64,000 nt of DNA from an uncultured Chloroflexia bacterium (GTDB lineage Bacteria; Chloroflexota; Anaerolineae; Aggregatilineales; Phototrophicaceae), in NCBI GenBank assembly GCA_963826685.1, contig CAWGYC010000016.1:14849-78848 (forward strand), given 5' to 3'. How positions within the stretch are numbered: the first letter of the stretch is position 1; every line of letters begins with the position of its first letter. Made by a program: the position numbers and the translations under genes. This document shows, one piece after another, positions 17,584 through 26,839 of this stretch. The notes under the pieces were generated by a model. The model worked only from the letters and a program-made list of their open reading frames with translations, was not told the DNA's origin and searched no databases.

Positions 17584-18315
17584 ATGCGGTTTGACACCCA
17601 CCGGATTGGCGCCAGCCTTGTCCGCGAGTTGCAGCAGGGACGCCCGCGCGTCGAAGTCGTCAACGACGGCGGCGACTTGATCCGCATCTCCCTCGAATCG
17701 AACGAGACCGTGCTGATCTACCTGATCGAGAGTCCGATCAGCCTGCACGAGATCGCGGGGATCGTCAGCGCCAACACGCTGGTCGGCGCCTATACGCTGT
17801 TCATCATCTGGTCGGACCTGCTGCCGGTTCACGGGATGCGCTATCAACCCGACGACTGGATGGCGGCGCTGCTGGCGCTGCACGGCGGCAAAATCTACGC
17901 TTATGATGCCTATTTTGGCGCTGACCTGTACATCTTCCCGGTCACCTTTGAGGACAGCGGCGCGGTTCGCTACGGCGGGGCGATTGACGCGACTCAGTTG
18001 GTCGTCGCGATGATCGACACGGATTACCCGCCGCTGGCAGGCGCGTGGCGCGTCGCCAACTTCGAGTCGGACTCGACCGAACCGCACCAGCCTGTCGCCG
18101 TCCGCGCCAATCCGGCGCTACGCCTCTACTACCAGCGCTTGGGCATCGCCGAGACCACCGAGCGCGACCAGATCAAGCAGGCGTACCGCCGCCTCGCCCG
18201 CAAGGTGCATCCCGACCTGACCACCGACCCGCGCGCCACCGAGCGGATGCAGCAGATCAACGAGGCTTACCAGCGCATTCTAGAAGATTTGGATCAGCGG
18301 AGCGGTGGCGCATGA
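17584..18315 (+). CDS. J-domain (DnaJ-like) protein with C-terminal J domain
   Basis: YYQRLGI...IKQAYRRLARKVHPD...RMQQINEAYQRI; uncharacterised N-terminal domain. Confidence 0.88.
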   Translation: MRFDTHRIGASLVRELQQGRPRVEVVNDGGDLIRISLESNETVLIYLIESPISLHEIAGIVSANTLVGAYTLFIIWSDLLPVHGMRYQPDDWMAALLALHGGKIYAYDAYFGADLYIFPVTFEDSGAVRYGGAIDATQLVVAMIDTDYPPLAGAWRVANFESDSTEPHQPVAVRANPALRLYYQRLGIAETTERDQIKQAYRRLARKVHPDLTTDPRATERMQQINEAYQRILEDLDQRSGGA

Positions 18316-18494
18316 GTTTTGACCCCGCGCGCGACCCGCAGATCGACCGCGACGATCCGCGCTACCGGCGCGCGGCGCGGCTGCTGGCGCAGAAGCTGGG
18401 CGTCGATTGGCGCGATCTACCGCCGGAGCAGGTGCTTGAGTATCTGCGCAAGATCGAGATCGCGCGGCAGAAGCGCTCGGATTCAAAACACTAG
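18312..18494 (+). CDS. small hypothetical protein (60 aa)
   Basis: ATGA overlap with the J-domain gene; MSFDPARDPQIDRDDPRYRRAARLLAQKLG. Confidence 0.6.
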   Translation: MSFDPARDPQIDRDDPRYRRAARLLAQKLGVDWRDLPPEQVLEYLRKIEIARQKRSDSKH

Positions 18495-18597
18495 GGAATC
18501 AAACTGCCGCGACGGGTTTATGCAAATGGACAAAGAGATATGGAGTCCGTAGGGGCGTTATATATAACGCCCCTACAACCTTGCTGAGGGGAGATGG

Positions 18598-19959
18598 TTA
18601 CTTGACCGCGCGCAGCGCGTCGCAGGCGAGGCATTTGCCGTCGCGGACGATGGCGTAGCTGCTGGCGAGGCTGCTCCCGGTGGCGTCGACGTCGTAGACC
18701 ATCAGCAGCCGAATCCGCCCGGTTTCGCGCGCGAGTTCGACCGTCTGCGCCAGCCACGCTGCTTGTTCGGCTGGCGTCGTGTTCGCCGCCCATTCGTAGC
18801 CCGCTGGCGGCGCGCCCGTCGGCGCGAGATAGCCCAGTTCGGTCAGGCAGAGCGGTTTAGTCGGGAAGCTGCTGGCGTAGGTGCTGATGACCGCCGGATA
18901 GTAGTAGAGGAACTGATCGCCGCGCGGGTCGCCGCTGACGGCGGTCGGCTGGGTCGTGCCCAGCGTGTAGTTGATGCCGATGCAGTCGGCTGACTGTCCG
19001 ACGCCCGCATCCGCCATTCCTTGCAGATAGGGCAGGTCGTCGCAGCCCGCGCCGGTGCAGCCGCCGTTGAGCGCGCTGGTTTGCGCCAAGCCGCCGCTGA
19101 TGACCAGCGTCGCCGGGTTCACGCTCTTGATGGCTTGATAGGCGGCGCTCAGCATCTCGGCGTAAGCGCCCGGACTGATCAAGCCGCGCGCCCATCCCTC
19201 CGGGCTGTTCATCGAGTCCCAGACCTGAATCGCGTCCGGCGCGAAGGCGGCGACCGCGCCCAAGTAGGCGGCGAAATGGGCGTCGTAGTCCGCCGGATTC
19301 GCCTGCATCTCGTGCGGATCGCCGTTGATTTGCAGCAGCACGCTGAACCCGCGCCCGTGAGCGGTTTCGATGGCGCGCCGGGCGTTGTTTGCCGAGTCGC
19401 CGTCCTGCCACTGGAGCGCAATACTGACCCACGTCATCCCCGCCGAGGTCATCAGATCAGCCTGATTGAAGCTGAAGACGATCCCGCCCACGTCGAAGCC
19501 CAACCCCGACGCCGGTCTGGGCGTCCGCGAGGCAGGGGCGGTCGGCGTTTCGCTGGGCGGCGCGGTCGGCGTCGCCGTATCCACCCGTGTCGGCGATGCG
19601 GTCGGCGTCGCTGAGGCGGCAGTGGTCGGCGCTAGAGTCGGTGTGGCAGTTGGTGTGGTGGTTGACGTCGCGGTCGGCAACTCGACCGGCGTCGCCCGCA
19701 GCGGGCGCGGCACGCGCAGCCGCTGCCCGACGAAGATCAGGTTCGGGTCGGTGATGCCGTTGGCATCCATCAGCTCGCTTAAGCTGATGCCGTAGAGCCG
19801 GGCGATTGAGTTCAGACTATCGCCCGGCGCGACGATGTAAATTGAGACGGGTCGCCGGGTTGTCGGCGTTGCGTCCTGCGCCAGCACCGCCGAGGTCGTC
19901 AGCAGCAGCGCCAGCACGACCGCCAGCGCGAGCCGGACACCGCTTGCAAGTTTGATCAT
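18598..19959 (-). CDS. secreted LysM + glycoside-hydrolase-like (clan A TIM barrel) protein
   Basis: Signal peptide; YIVAPGDSLNSIARLYG...NGITDPNLIFVGQRL LysM; Thr/Pro linker; DAIQVWDSMN and LCLTELGY. Confidence 0.85.
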   Translation of the reverse strand: MIKLASGVRLALAVVLALLLTTSAVLAQDATPTTRRPVSIYIVAPGDSLNSIARLYGISLSELMDANGITDPNLIFVGQRLRVPRPLRATPVELPTATSTTTPTATPTLAPTTAASATPTASPTRVDTATPTAPPSETPTAPASRTPRPASGLGFDVGGIVFSFNQADLMTSAGMTWVSIALQWQDGDSANNARRAIETAHGRGFSVLLQINGDPHEMQANPADYDAHFAAYLGAVAAFAPDAIQVWDSMNSPEGWARGLISPGAYAEMLSAAYQAIKSVNPATLVISGGLAQTSALNGGCTGAGCDDLPYLQGMADAGVGQSADCIGINYTLGTTQPTAVSGDPRGDQFLYYYPAVISTYASSFPTKPLCLTELGYLAPTGAPPAGYEWAANTTPAEQAAWLAQTVELARETGRIRLLMVYDVDATGSSLASSYAIVRDGKCLACDALRAVK

Positions 19960-19968
19960 GCCGTTAGG

Positions 19969-20571
19969 CTACCATTGGTAGACCGGGATTTGGATGACCA
20001 GACCCCAGTAGATTCGGTTCGGATTCCAGATGCCGTTATACGACGCAATCGCCTGTACCGTTGTGCCGAAGGAGCGCGCGATGCTCCCCAGCGTGTCGCC
20101 GGGGCGGATCACGTAGCTGATCACGGTCTGCTGCGGCGGCGGATAGCCGCCCGCCGGGATGGTCAGGTACATGCCCGCGTAAATCCAGTTGATGTTATAG
20201 ATGTTGTTGGCTTGCGCAATCGCCCAGACGGTCGTCCCGAAGTAGCGGGCGATGCTGGCGAGCGTATCGCCGTAGCGCACGATGTAGTAGGTGGTCTGCG
20301 ACGGCGGCGGCGTGGTGCCTCCGGTCGGGATGATCAAGCGCTGCCCGGCGTAAATCCAGTTCGGGTTCCAAATGCCGTTCGCCGAGGCAATCGCCTGAAC
20401 GGTCACGCCGTAATAGTTAGCGATCATCGCCAGCGTTTCGCCGCGCTCGACGATGTGGATCGTCTGCCCGTAGCTCTGCGGGTCAGTCTGGACGCTGCTC
20501 GGTGCGGCAGCGGCGGGCGCAACCGCAGATAACAACGCCAACACACATAGAATGAGGATTAATCGACGCAC
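19969..20571 (-). CDS. secreted triple-LysM peptidoglycan-binding protein
   Basis: Signal peptide plus three LysM repeats (HIVERGETL, YIVRYGDTL, YVIRPGDTL). Confidence 0.92.
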   Translation of the reverse strand: MRRLILILCVLALLSAVAPAAAAPSSVQTDPQSYGQTIHIVERGETLAMIANYYGVTVQAIASANGIWNPNWIYAGQRLIIPTGGTTPPPSQTTYYIVRYGDTLASIARYFGTTVWAIAQANNIYNINWIYAGMYLTIPAGGYPPPQQTVISYVIRPGDTLGSIARSFGTTVQAIASYNGIWNPNRIYWGLVIQIPVYQW

Positions 20572-20878
20572 GACGCCCTTCCTTTCGGAGTTAAGAAAAA
20601 ACCAAATAGACTGCTTTTTTATGCCGAGCTTACGATATTCGGCGCATCTTCTTTCAATATAGCATAAGAACCGCTTTTCCGTTGCGCTTTTGGTGCCTAA
20701 AAAACGTAAAAGTTAAGAATTGGTTTGAGAAACCCGGCGCTCAGGACCGATAGCAGAGATTATGACAACCTATATAATTAGGAGATAGCCTGCGGCTCTG
20801 AAGTTTCTGCCGTCTGTTCTCAGATTTTGCTAGGCTCTGCTAGCCACGTTATTGACTCATTAGAAAGGATTCCTTCTG

Positions 20879-21574
20879 ATGCATCGTAAAGCTGGAAAGT
20901 TGGTTCTCGTTTTACTCTTGCTGCTACTGATAGCAATGGCGGCTCAAGCCGCCCTTGCCGAAGACTACTACTTTCGCTGGACGACCCCGCTGCCGCAGGT
21001 GCTGTGCGATTCGGGTGGCGGAAATACCTATCTCAATTCGACCAGCCGCTACTATGAGTACAACCTGCCGGTCGGCGCGACGCAAGATGTCTACTTTATC
21101 GAGAATGGCGTCTCCTACTATGCGGGCAATTACCCGCTCCCTAGCGGCGTCGGATCCGGCTCCTACGGTCCATTTAGCGATTCCATCGCTGCGCCCTATC
21201 TGACCACCGTAATCCAGTATGACACAGTGATCGACGGACAGGTCGTCTATCGCAGTTTGCTGACGATGAACTGCCCGGATGAGACGGCGTCGATCAGCAA
21301 CCAAGCCTTCGGTTCGGGGATGTGCTTGGCGCTGCCAGAAGGATCGGTCGTCGGCGACATGCCACAGGGCGCGCAAGCCTTCTACGCACCGGGTAAAGCC
21401 ACCAATTTCAGCATCAATCCGGGGACTTATTGGGTGCTGGGGCAGGACGAGAGCGGTCAGTACTATAAAATCCTGCTCGCCTGCCAATATTTATGGGTGC
21501 CGGTCGACACCATGCAGCCGAGCTACCAAGCGCCGTGGACGGGACAGCCGCTCCCGACGCGCGTCGTGAACTGA
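20879..21574 (+). CDS. secreted hypothetical protein, possible C-terminal SH3-like domain
   Basis: Signal peptide; C-terminus YWVLGQDESGQYYKILLACQYLWVP. Confidence 0.75.
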   Translation: MHRKAGKLVLVLLLLLLIAMAAQAALAEDYYFRWTTPLPQVLCDSGGGNTYLNSTSRYYEYNLPVGATQDVYFIENGVSYYAGNYPLPSGVGSGSYGPFSDSIAAPYLTTVIQYDTVIDGQVVYRSLLTMNCPDETASISNQAFGSGMCLALPEGSVVGDMPQGAQAFYAPGKATNFSINPGTYWVLGQDESGQYYKILLACQYLWVPVDTMQPSYQAPWTGQPLPTRVVN

Positions 21575-21600
21575 TCGCCTAAGCGACCTCACCCCTAAAT

Positions 21601-21803
21601 AGGCTTGTCCGGTACTCGAATCAGCATCATTTGTCTCTTGCTGCCGCTGCTGACCCCACCCCCGACCCCTCCCCGACTTCAGGGAGGGGAGCGTACACGC
21701 CGTTGGCTGCCGACACGCTGCGTTTTTCCGAAGCTGCGAGGCAAGTGCCGACAATTGGGCACGGTTAGGGAGCACGGCTATGTTTTGAATACCGGACAAG
21801 CCT
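21601..21803. mobile_element. MITE-1 copy 1
   Basis: Terminal inverted repeats AGGCTTGTCCGGTA / TACCGGACAAGCCT; TAAAT on both flanks; inside a family B REP. Confidence 0.85.
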
Positions 21804-21966
21804 TAAATCCCCTCTCCATTGCATGGAGAGGGGACTTGAACAGCCGTATGCGGGTTGGTTTCTCCCATCGCCACCGCGTGGAGAAGGGGATGGGGATGTG
21901 GTCAAAAAAAGCGGGTGTCTCAAGTCGAGACGCCCGCTTCTTTATTCTGGTGCGTACTGCTGCTGC

Positions 21967-23070
21967 TTACTCGCCGTTGGGCGTGATTTCTACCGTCGGC
22001 GCGACGTAATCCGCGCCGGTCACGTCGAGATCAGGCATGTCGGCTTGCAGGCTGTCGAGCGCCGCCTGCGCCAAGTCGGTGCGATAGGCGTAGCCTTCAC
22101 CCTGCGTCGCTTCGGAGATGATGCCGTAGTCCAGCGCGATCTTTGCCGTGATGTCGAAGGCTGCCGGGTCCATGATGCCGATCCCGGCCGGCGAGGGCCA
22201 AACCAGCTTGTTGACTTCGTTCATCTGCCACGCCTGATGTCCCGCGCCCAGCGTCGGACCGGCGTCGAGCACGAAGCCGACGCATTCGTCAGGATTGTCG
22301 CGGCATTCGATCCAGCCCCGGAAAGTCGCGCGCAGGAACTTGATGGCGATTTCCTCGCTGCCGTCCTGAGCCAGCCACGCGGCATTGGCGAATACGCCGT
22401 CTTCCAGCATCGCCGTGCCGTAGTCGTTGAAGTCGAGCACGTTCAGGTCGTCCATCGTGTAGACCGGGAAGGTGCCGTCTTCGCCGACCGTCTCCAAGAC
22501 CTGCGCCAGTTCGTTGTAGGTCATGGCGGAGGCGGCGTCGATCTCGCGGTTGATGAAGGCGTTCATGTCGAATGCCTGCTGGGCGATGGTCACGTCGTCC
22601 GGGTTTTCGGGATCAAGCCCGGCTTTGGTCAGCGCCGCGTAAGTCGGGAACTGATTGCCGCAGCACCAGACGCCGACGACCTTTCCGGCGAGGTCGGGGA
22701 AGGTGGTCAAACCGCTGTCCTTCCACGTCAGTTGGCGCATGCCGCTGCGCTGGTAAATCTGGGCGATGCTGATCACGTCTTGTCCGGTGGCACGGGTGGC
22801 GAGGATGTTGCCCATCCAGTCGGTGCCGAACTCGGCATCGCCCGCCGCGACCAACTGCTGCGGGTTGATGTCGGTGCCCGCCGGGACAATCGTCACGTCC
22901 AAGCCTTCATCGGCGTAGTAACCGAGCGCATCCGCTGCGTAATAGCCGGCAAACTGCGCCTGCGGAACCCACTTGAGCACGACGCTCACCGGGGTCAAAT
23001 CCTGCGCTCCGGCGAGCGAGAACGACGCCAAGAGCAACAACGCGAGTGCAAGAACCATAACCTTACGCAT
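21967..23070 (-). CDS. ABC transporter substrate-binding protein, NMT1/THI5 (SsuA) family
   Basis: MRKVMVLALALL signal; VVLKWVPQAQFAGYYAA..GYYADEGLDVTI. The longer ORF start runs through a REP and was rejected. Confidence 0.9.
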   Translation of the reverse strand: MRKVMVLALALLLLASFSLAGAQDLTPVSVVLKWVPQAQFAGYYAADALGYYADEGLDVTIVPAGTDINPQQLVAAGDAEFGTDWMGNILATRATGQDVISIAQIYQRSGMRQLTWKDSGLTTFPDLAGKVVGVWCCGNQFPTYAALTKAGLDPENPDDVTIAQQAFDMNAFINREIDAASAMTYNELAQVLETVGEDGTFPVYTMDDLNVLDFNDYGTAMLEDGVFANAAWLAQDGSEEIAIKFLRATFRGWIECRDNPDECVGFVLDAGPTLGAGHQAWQMNEVNKLVWPSPAGIGIMDPAAFDITAKIALDYGIISEATQGEGYAYRTDLAQAALDSLQADMPDLDVTGADYVAPTVEITPNGE

Positions 23071-23104
23071 ACCGCCTCCTTGTAAACGAATAATAAATAG
23101 GACG

Positions 23105-23375
23105 GAGGACTGAGTGCTGAGGACTGAGTAAAAACGCTGCGATTGCAGCCTCCTTAGGCAATTTAACAATTGAAGACGGAGAACGGGCGCAGCACGCTGC
23201 GCCCCTACAACCTCACCCCCCGACCCCCTCTCCATGCATGGAGAGGGGGAGAAAAACACAATTGTGAGGGCAAACATACTCCGTCTCAATTTGGAAAAGT
23301 GCATCAGGTGACGTCTCGCGCAGCGTTCGCTTGAATTGGTTTTTACTCAGTCCTCAGTCCTCAATCCTCAGTCCT
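23105..23375. repeat. inverted pair of 7-bp-periodic (CTCAGTC) repeats bracketing REPs
   Basis: 23105-23133 versus 23341-23369: 26/29 complementary by eye; family A and B REPs lie between them. Confidence 0.75.
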
Positions 23376-23384
23376 TTCTTCCCC

Positions 23385-24701
23385 TCATTTCTCGCGGAAC
23401 GAGACGTGCCACGAGAGCAGCGCTCGCTCGACGCTGGAAACCACCAGATAAAACAGGATGCCGAACAGCGCGGCGACGAAAATCGCCGACCACGCCTCCG
23501 GGTATTTGAACAGCCCGGCATCGTCGCGGATGCGCCAGCCTAAGCCCGCTGTCGATCCGCCGAAGTATTCGCTCACAATCGCGCCGATCATCGCCAGCGT
23601 CGTGCCGACTTTCAGCGCCGAGAAGATGAACGGCAGCGCGCTGGGCAGGCGCAGCTTGCCGAAGATGTCGGTCTGCGTCGCCGCGTAGGACTTCATCAAC
23701 TCCAGCGACAGCGGATCAACCGAGGTCAAGCCGCGCACCGTGCTGATCATCGCCGGGAAGTAGACCATCACCGCGACGATGGCGATCTTCGAGAACGGGT
23801 TGAGCGCGCCGAACCAGTTGTTGAAGATCGGCGCCAGCGCGATGATCGGGATGGCGTTGATGGCGATGGCGACCGGCAGCAGCGCCTTGCTGAAGCTGAC
23901 GAAGCGCGACGAGACGATCCCGGTCAGGATGCCCGCGCCGCAGCCGAGCATGAAACCCCAGAAAGCGTTCTGGAAGGTGTTCCAGCCCGCCGAGATCAGC
24001 TTGGGGTAGATGTCGATGAAGGTCGCGCCGATCACGGTTGGTCGCGGCAGCAAAAACTGCTCGATCTTGAAGACGTAAATCACCAATTCCCATAACAGCA
24101 CCACCAGTACGCCGATCAGCAGCGCTGCGCCCTGCTTGCGCAGACCGCGCCGGTAGACCGCGAGACGATCCCACGGCTGCCAGAGGATCACCACGGCGAT
24201 CAGGGCGAGATATTCGCTGAAGGTCGCCAGCGGCAGCGCTTGATCGAGCAGCGCGGTCGGCGTGTCGGCGGTCAAGCGCGCCGTGAACAGGTCTTGCGGC
24301 GCGCCGACCAGCGCGCCAAACAGGTTGAAGCTCAGCAGAATCGCCAGCGCCATGATCAGCGTATAGCCGACCAGCACGACCGCGCTCCCCAATAACAAGG
24401 GGTTGCGCCTGACGGTTTCCCGGTTGGCGTAGATCAGGATCGCCGCGCACAGGATCAGCCCGACCGCGATGGTCGGCTGCAGGGTGGCGTTGCGAAAGGC
24501 GCTGCCGAACTGCGTCCCGTACTGCATGAGCGGATTCTGGATGCTGTAGGTGACGATCACGAAGAACAGCGCCGCCAATGCCAGCAGGTCGCGCCCCATG
24601 GTGCGGTTGTCGAACATCTTGTCGGCGGCTTCGGAATAGATCGCTTCCGACGACGCCTCGATGTCGCTGGCGGCGTGCTGCGAGAATTTGATGGCGCTCA
24701 C
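23385..24701 (-). CDS. ABC transporter permease (NitT/TauT type) with about 185-aa N-terminal membrane extension
   Basis: GTG start overlaps the ATPase TGA; LLPRP, EAA-like loop LELMKSYAATQTDIFGKLRLPSALP. Confidence 0.88.
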   Translation of the reverse strand: MSAIKFSQHAASDIEASSEAIYSEAADKMFDNRTMGRDLLALAALFFVIVTYSIQNPLMQYGTQFGSAFRNATLQPTIAVGLILCAAILIYANRETVRRNPLLLGSAVVLVGYTLIMALAILLSFNLFGALVGAPQDLFTARLTADTPTALLDQALPLATFSEYLALIAVVILWQPWDRLAVYRRGLRKQGAALLIGVLVVLLWELVIYVFKIEQFLLPRPTVIGATFIDIYPKLISAGWNTFQNAFWGFMLGCGAGILTGIVSSRFVSFSKALLPVAIAINAIPIIALAPIFNNWFGALNPFSKIAIVAVMVYFPAMISTVRGLTSVDPLSLELMKSYAATQTDIFGKLRLPSALPFIFSALKVGTTLAMIGAIVSEYFGGSTAGLGWRIRDDAGLFKYPEAWSAIFVAALFGILFYLVVSSVERALLSWHVSFREK

Positions 24702-25477
24702 GCGCTCACCCCTTCGTGCAGCGCGTGCCGGACCCGGTTCATCAGGTGGAAGAATTCGTCGAGGTCGCGCGTCTCTGACCCGCGCGGACGCGGCAGGTCG
24801 ATGTCGATCACCTCGCCGATCCGTCCCGGTCGCGCCGAGAGCACCACCACCCGCGACGACAGGTAAACCGCCTCGCTGATGCTGTGGGTCACGAAGATCA
24901 CCGTCATGTCCGGGATCGCGCTCCAAATCCGCAGCAGTTCGTTGTTCATGCGCTCGCGCGTCATCTCGTCCAGCGCGCCGAACGGCTCGTCCATCAACAT
25001 GATCTGCGGCTGGAACGCCAGTGCCCGCGCGATGCTGACGCGCTGCTGCATCCCGCCGGAAAGCTGCCACGGATACTTGTCCTCGAACTCGCCCAACTCC
25101 ACCAGCTTGAGCATCTCGCGCGCCCGCTCGACCCGCTCCGCTTTGGAATACTTCATGATTTCCAGCGGAAGCTGCACGTTCTTGCCGACGGTGCGCCAGT
25201 CGTAGAGCGTCGGCGCTTGGAAGACGAAGCCGTAGTCCTGATCCTTGCGCGCCTGTGCCGCCGATTTGCCGTTGACCGTCACCGCGCCGCCGGTCGGCTG
25301 GATCAAGTCGCCGATGATGCGCAGGAGCGTGCTTTTGCCGCAGCCCGACGGACCGATCAGCGAGATGAACTCGCCTTTTTCGACCTCAAGGTTGATGTTC
25401 GCCAGCGCGTTGACGGTCGTGCCGTCCGCCGTGCGGAAGGTCTTCGAGATGTTGTCGATGGAAATGATGGAGGACAT
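24698..25477 (-). CDS. ABC transporter ATP-binding protein (NitT/TauT family)
   Basis: GPSGCGKS, LSGGMQQR, LMDEPFGALD, FVTH. Confidence 0.95.
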   Translation of the reverse strand: MSSIISIDNISKTFRTADGTTVNALANINLEVEKGEFISLIGPSGCGKSTLLRIIGDLIQPTGGAVTVNGKSAAQARKDQDYGFVFQAPTLYDWRTVGKNVQLPLEIMKYSKAERVERAREMLKLVELGEFEDKYPWQLSGGMQQRVSIARALAFQPQIMLMDEPFGALDEMTRERMNNELLRIWSAIPDMTVIFVTHSISEAVYLSSRVVVLSARPGRIGEVIDIDLPRPRGSETRDLDEFFHLMNRVRHALHEGVSA

Positions 25478-25682
25478 GAAAAACCTTTTAGCTTTTAGCG
25501 GTTAGCTTTCAGCAGTCAGCAAGAACAAAAAAGCTGATTGCGGATTTGTCCTGCAAATTCTTGCCTTCGCCCAAACATCGATCTTGGGCTTTTCTCCCCC
25601 TCTCCACTGCAGTGGAGAGGGGGTCGGGGGGTGAGGTTCTGTAGGGACGTTATATATAACGCCCCTACACCATAGCTATCAG

Positions 25683-26597
25683 TTACTCGCTCTCTTCCAC
25701 CCGCCAGCGGACGACCGCCCGCTCGACCAGCGCCATGACCGTGAAGAACAGGATGCCGAGCAAGCCCGACGCCGCAATCGTCGCCCACAGGCGCGGCGGC
25801 GACTGGTTGTAGTAGCGGGCGAAGTTCAAAATGGCGATGCCCAAGCCGTTCTGGATGCCCGACGGCAGCTCGCCGATGATCGCGCCGACGACGCTCGCCG
25901 TCGCCGAGATTTTCAAAGCGGTGAAGATTTGCGGCAGCGCGTTGGGCAGTCGCAGCTTGATCAGAATTTCCCATTTGCTGGCGGCGTAGGACTGCATCAG
26001 TTCGTAAGCCGTCTCCGGCACCGAGGTCAAGCCGCGCAGCGTGTAGATCGTCACCGGGAAGAAGGTCAGGTAGGCGGCGATCATCGGCACTGACCACTCG
26101 ACCGCCCCGGCGCGGCTCATCCAGATGACCACCATCGGCGCGACCGCGAGGATCGGCACGGTCTGCGAGGCGACGACGTAAGGCAGCAGCCCGCGCTGAA
26201 GCAGCGACGAGTGGGCGAAGACAATCGCCAGCGCGAAGCCGATCACGCCGCCCAGCAAAAAGCCGCGCAGCGCCGCCCCGAAGGTATACAGTCCGTTTTG
26301 CAGCAGCATCACGTAAAGCGGATCGCCATTGCGCTGTGCCGGTTCGGTGAAGGCGCGCGCGATGTCGGCGAGATGGGGGAGTTGGCTGTCGTTGAGGATG
26401 GTCAGGTCGATGCTGGTGCCGCCGACGTGCAAGGCGTAACCGTTGGCGGCGCCGAAGGCTTTCGCGCCTTCCCAGACCAGCACCAGCACGACCACCAGCA
26501 GCACGGAGAGCAGGGCAGTTTTGATGCCGCTGTAATCCGCCGGAGGCGCTTCGGCGCGCACGTCAAGCCGAGGAGTGGCGCGTGCCTCAGTTGCCAT
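25683..26597 (-). CDS. ABC transporter permease (NitT/TauT type)
   Basis: PYVVASQTVPILAVAP; YELMQSYAASKWEILIKLRLPNALP. Confidence 0.92.
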   Translation of the reverse strand: MATEARATPRLDVRAEAPPADYSGIKTALLSVLLVVVLVLVWEGAKAFGAANGYALHVGGTSIDLTILNDSQLPHLADIARAFTEPAQRNGDPLYVMLLQNGLYTFGAALRGFLLGGVIGFALAIVFAHSSLLQRGLLPYVVASQTVPILAVAPMVVIWMSRAGAVEWSVPMIAAYLTFFPVTIYTLRGLTSVPETAYELMQSYAASKWEILIKLRLPNALPQIFTALKISATASVVGAIIGELPSGIQNGLGIAILNFARYYNQSPPRLWATIAASGLLGILFFTVMALVERAVVRWRVEESE

Positions 26598-26839
26598 GAA
26601 CGGTTCCCAACCTTATCAACTTTGACTAAATATGTCCGGCGCGTAATAGATCACCTATTGTATAGATCAATAAATGGATTCGCCAATTATTGATCAGTGA
26701 CAAATTCAGCGCGTGCCTTTTGTGCATTTTTTCTCAAATTGAACGAAATTGGTCGAAACTGGCTCTTAAACTGCCGATTCGTGTACACTTGACGTATTGT
26801 CGATCCACATCTCGATCAGGAGCAGCAGCTCAACCACCG

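Noticed and set aside
21491-22009. Recurrent ORFs MSGTRISIICLL... and MSGIQNIAVLP... (four places)
   Set aside because: They are translations of the MITE-1/REP sequence on both strands, not a gene family.
21967-23304. Long N-terminal extensions in the ORF track (also 2964, 26690, 27734, 29028, 55478, 59492)
   Set aside because: They run through REPs or promoter regions; downstream ATGs with RBS or family-typical N-termini fit better.
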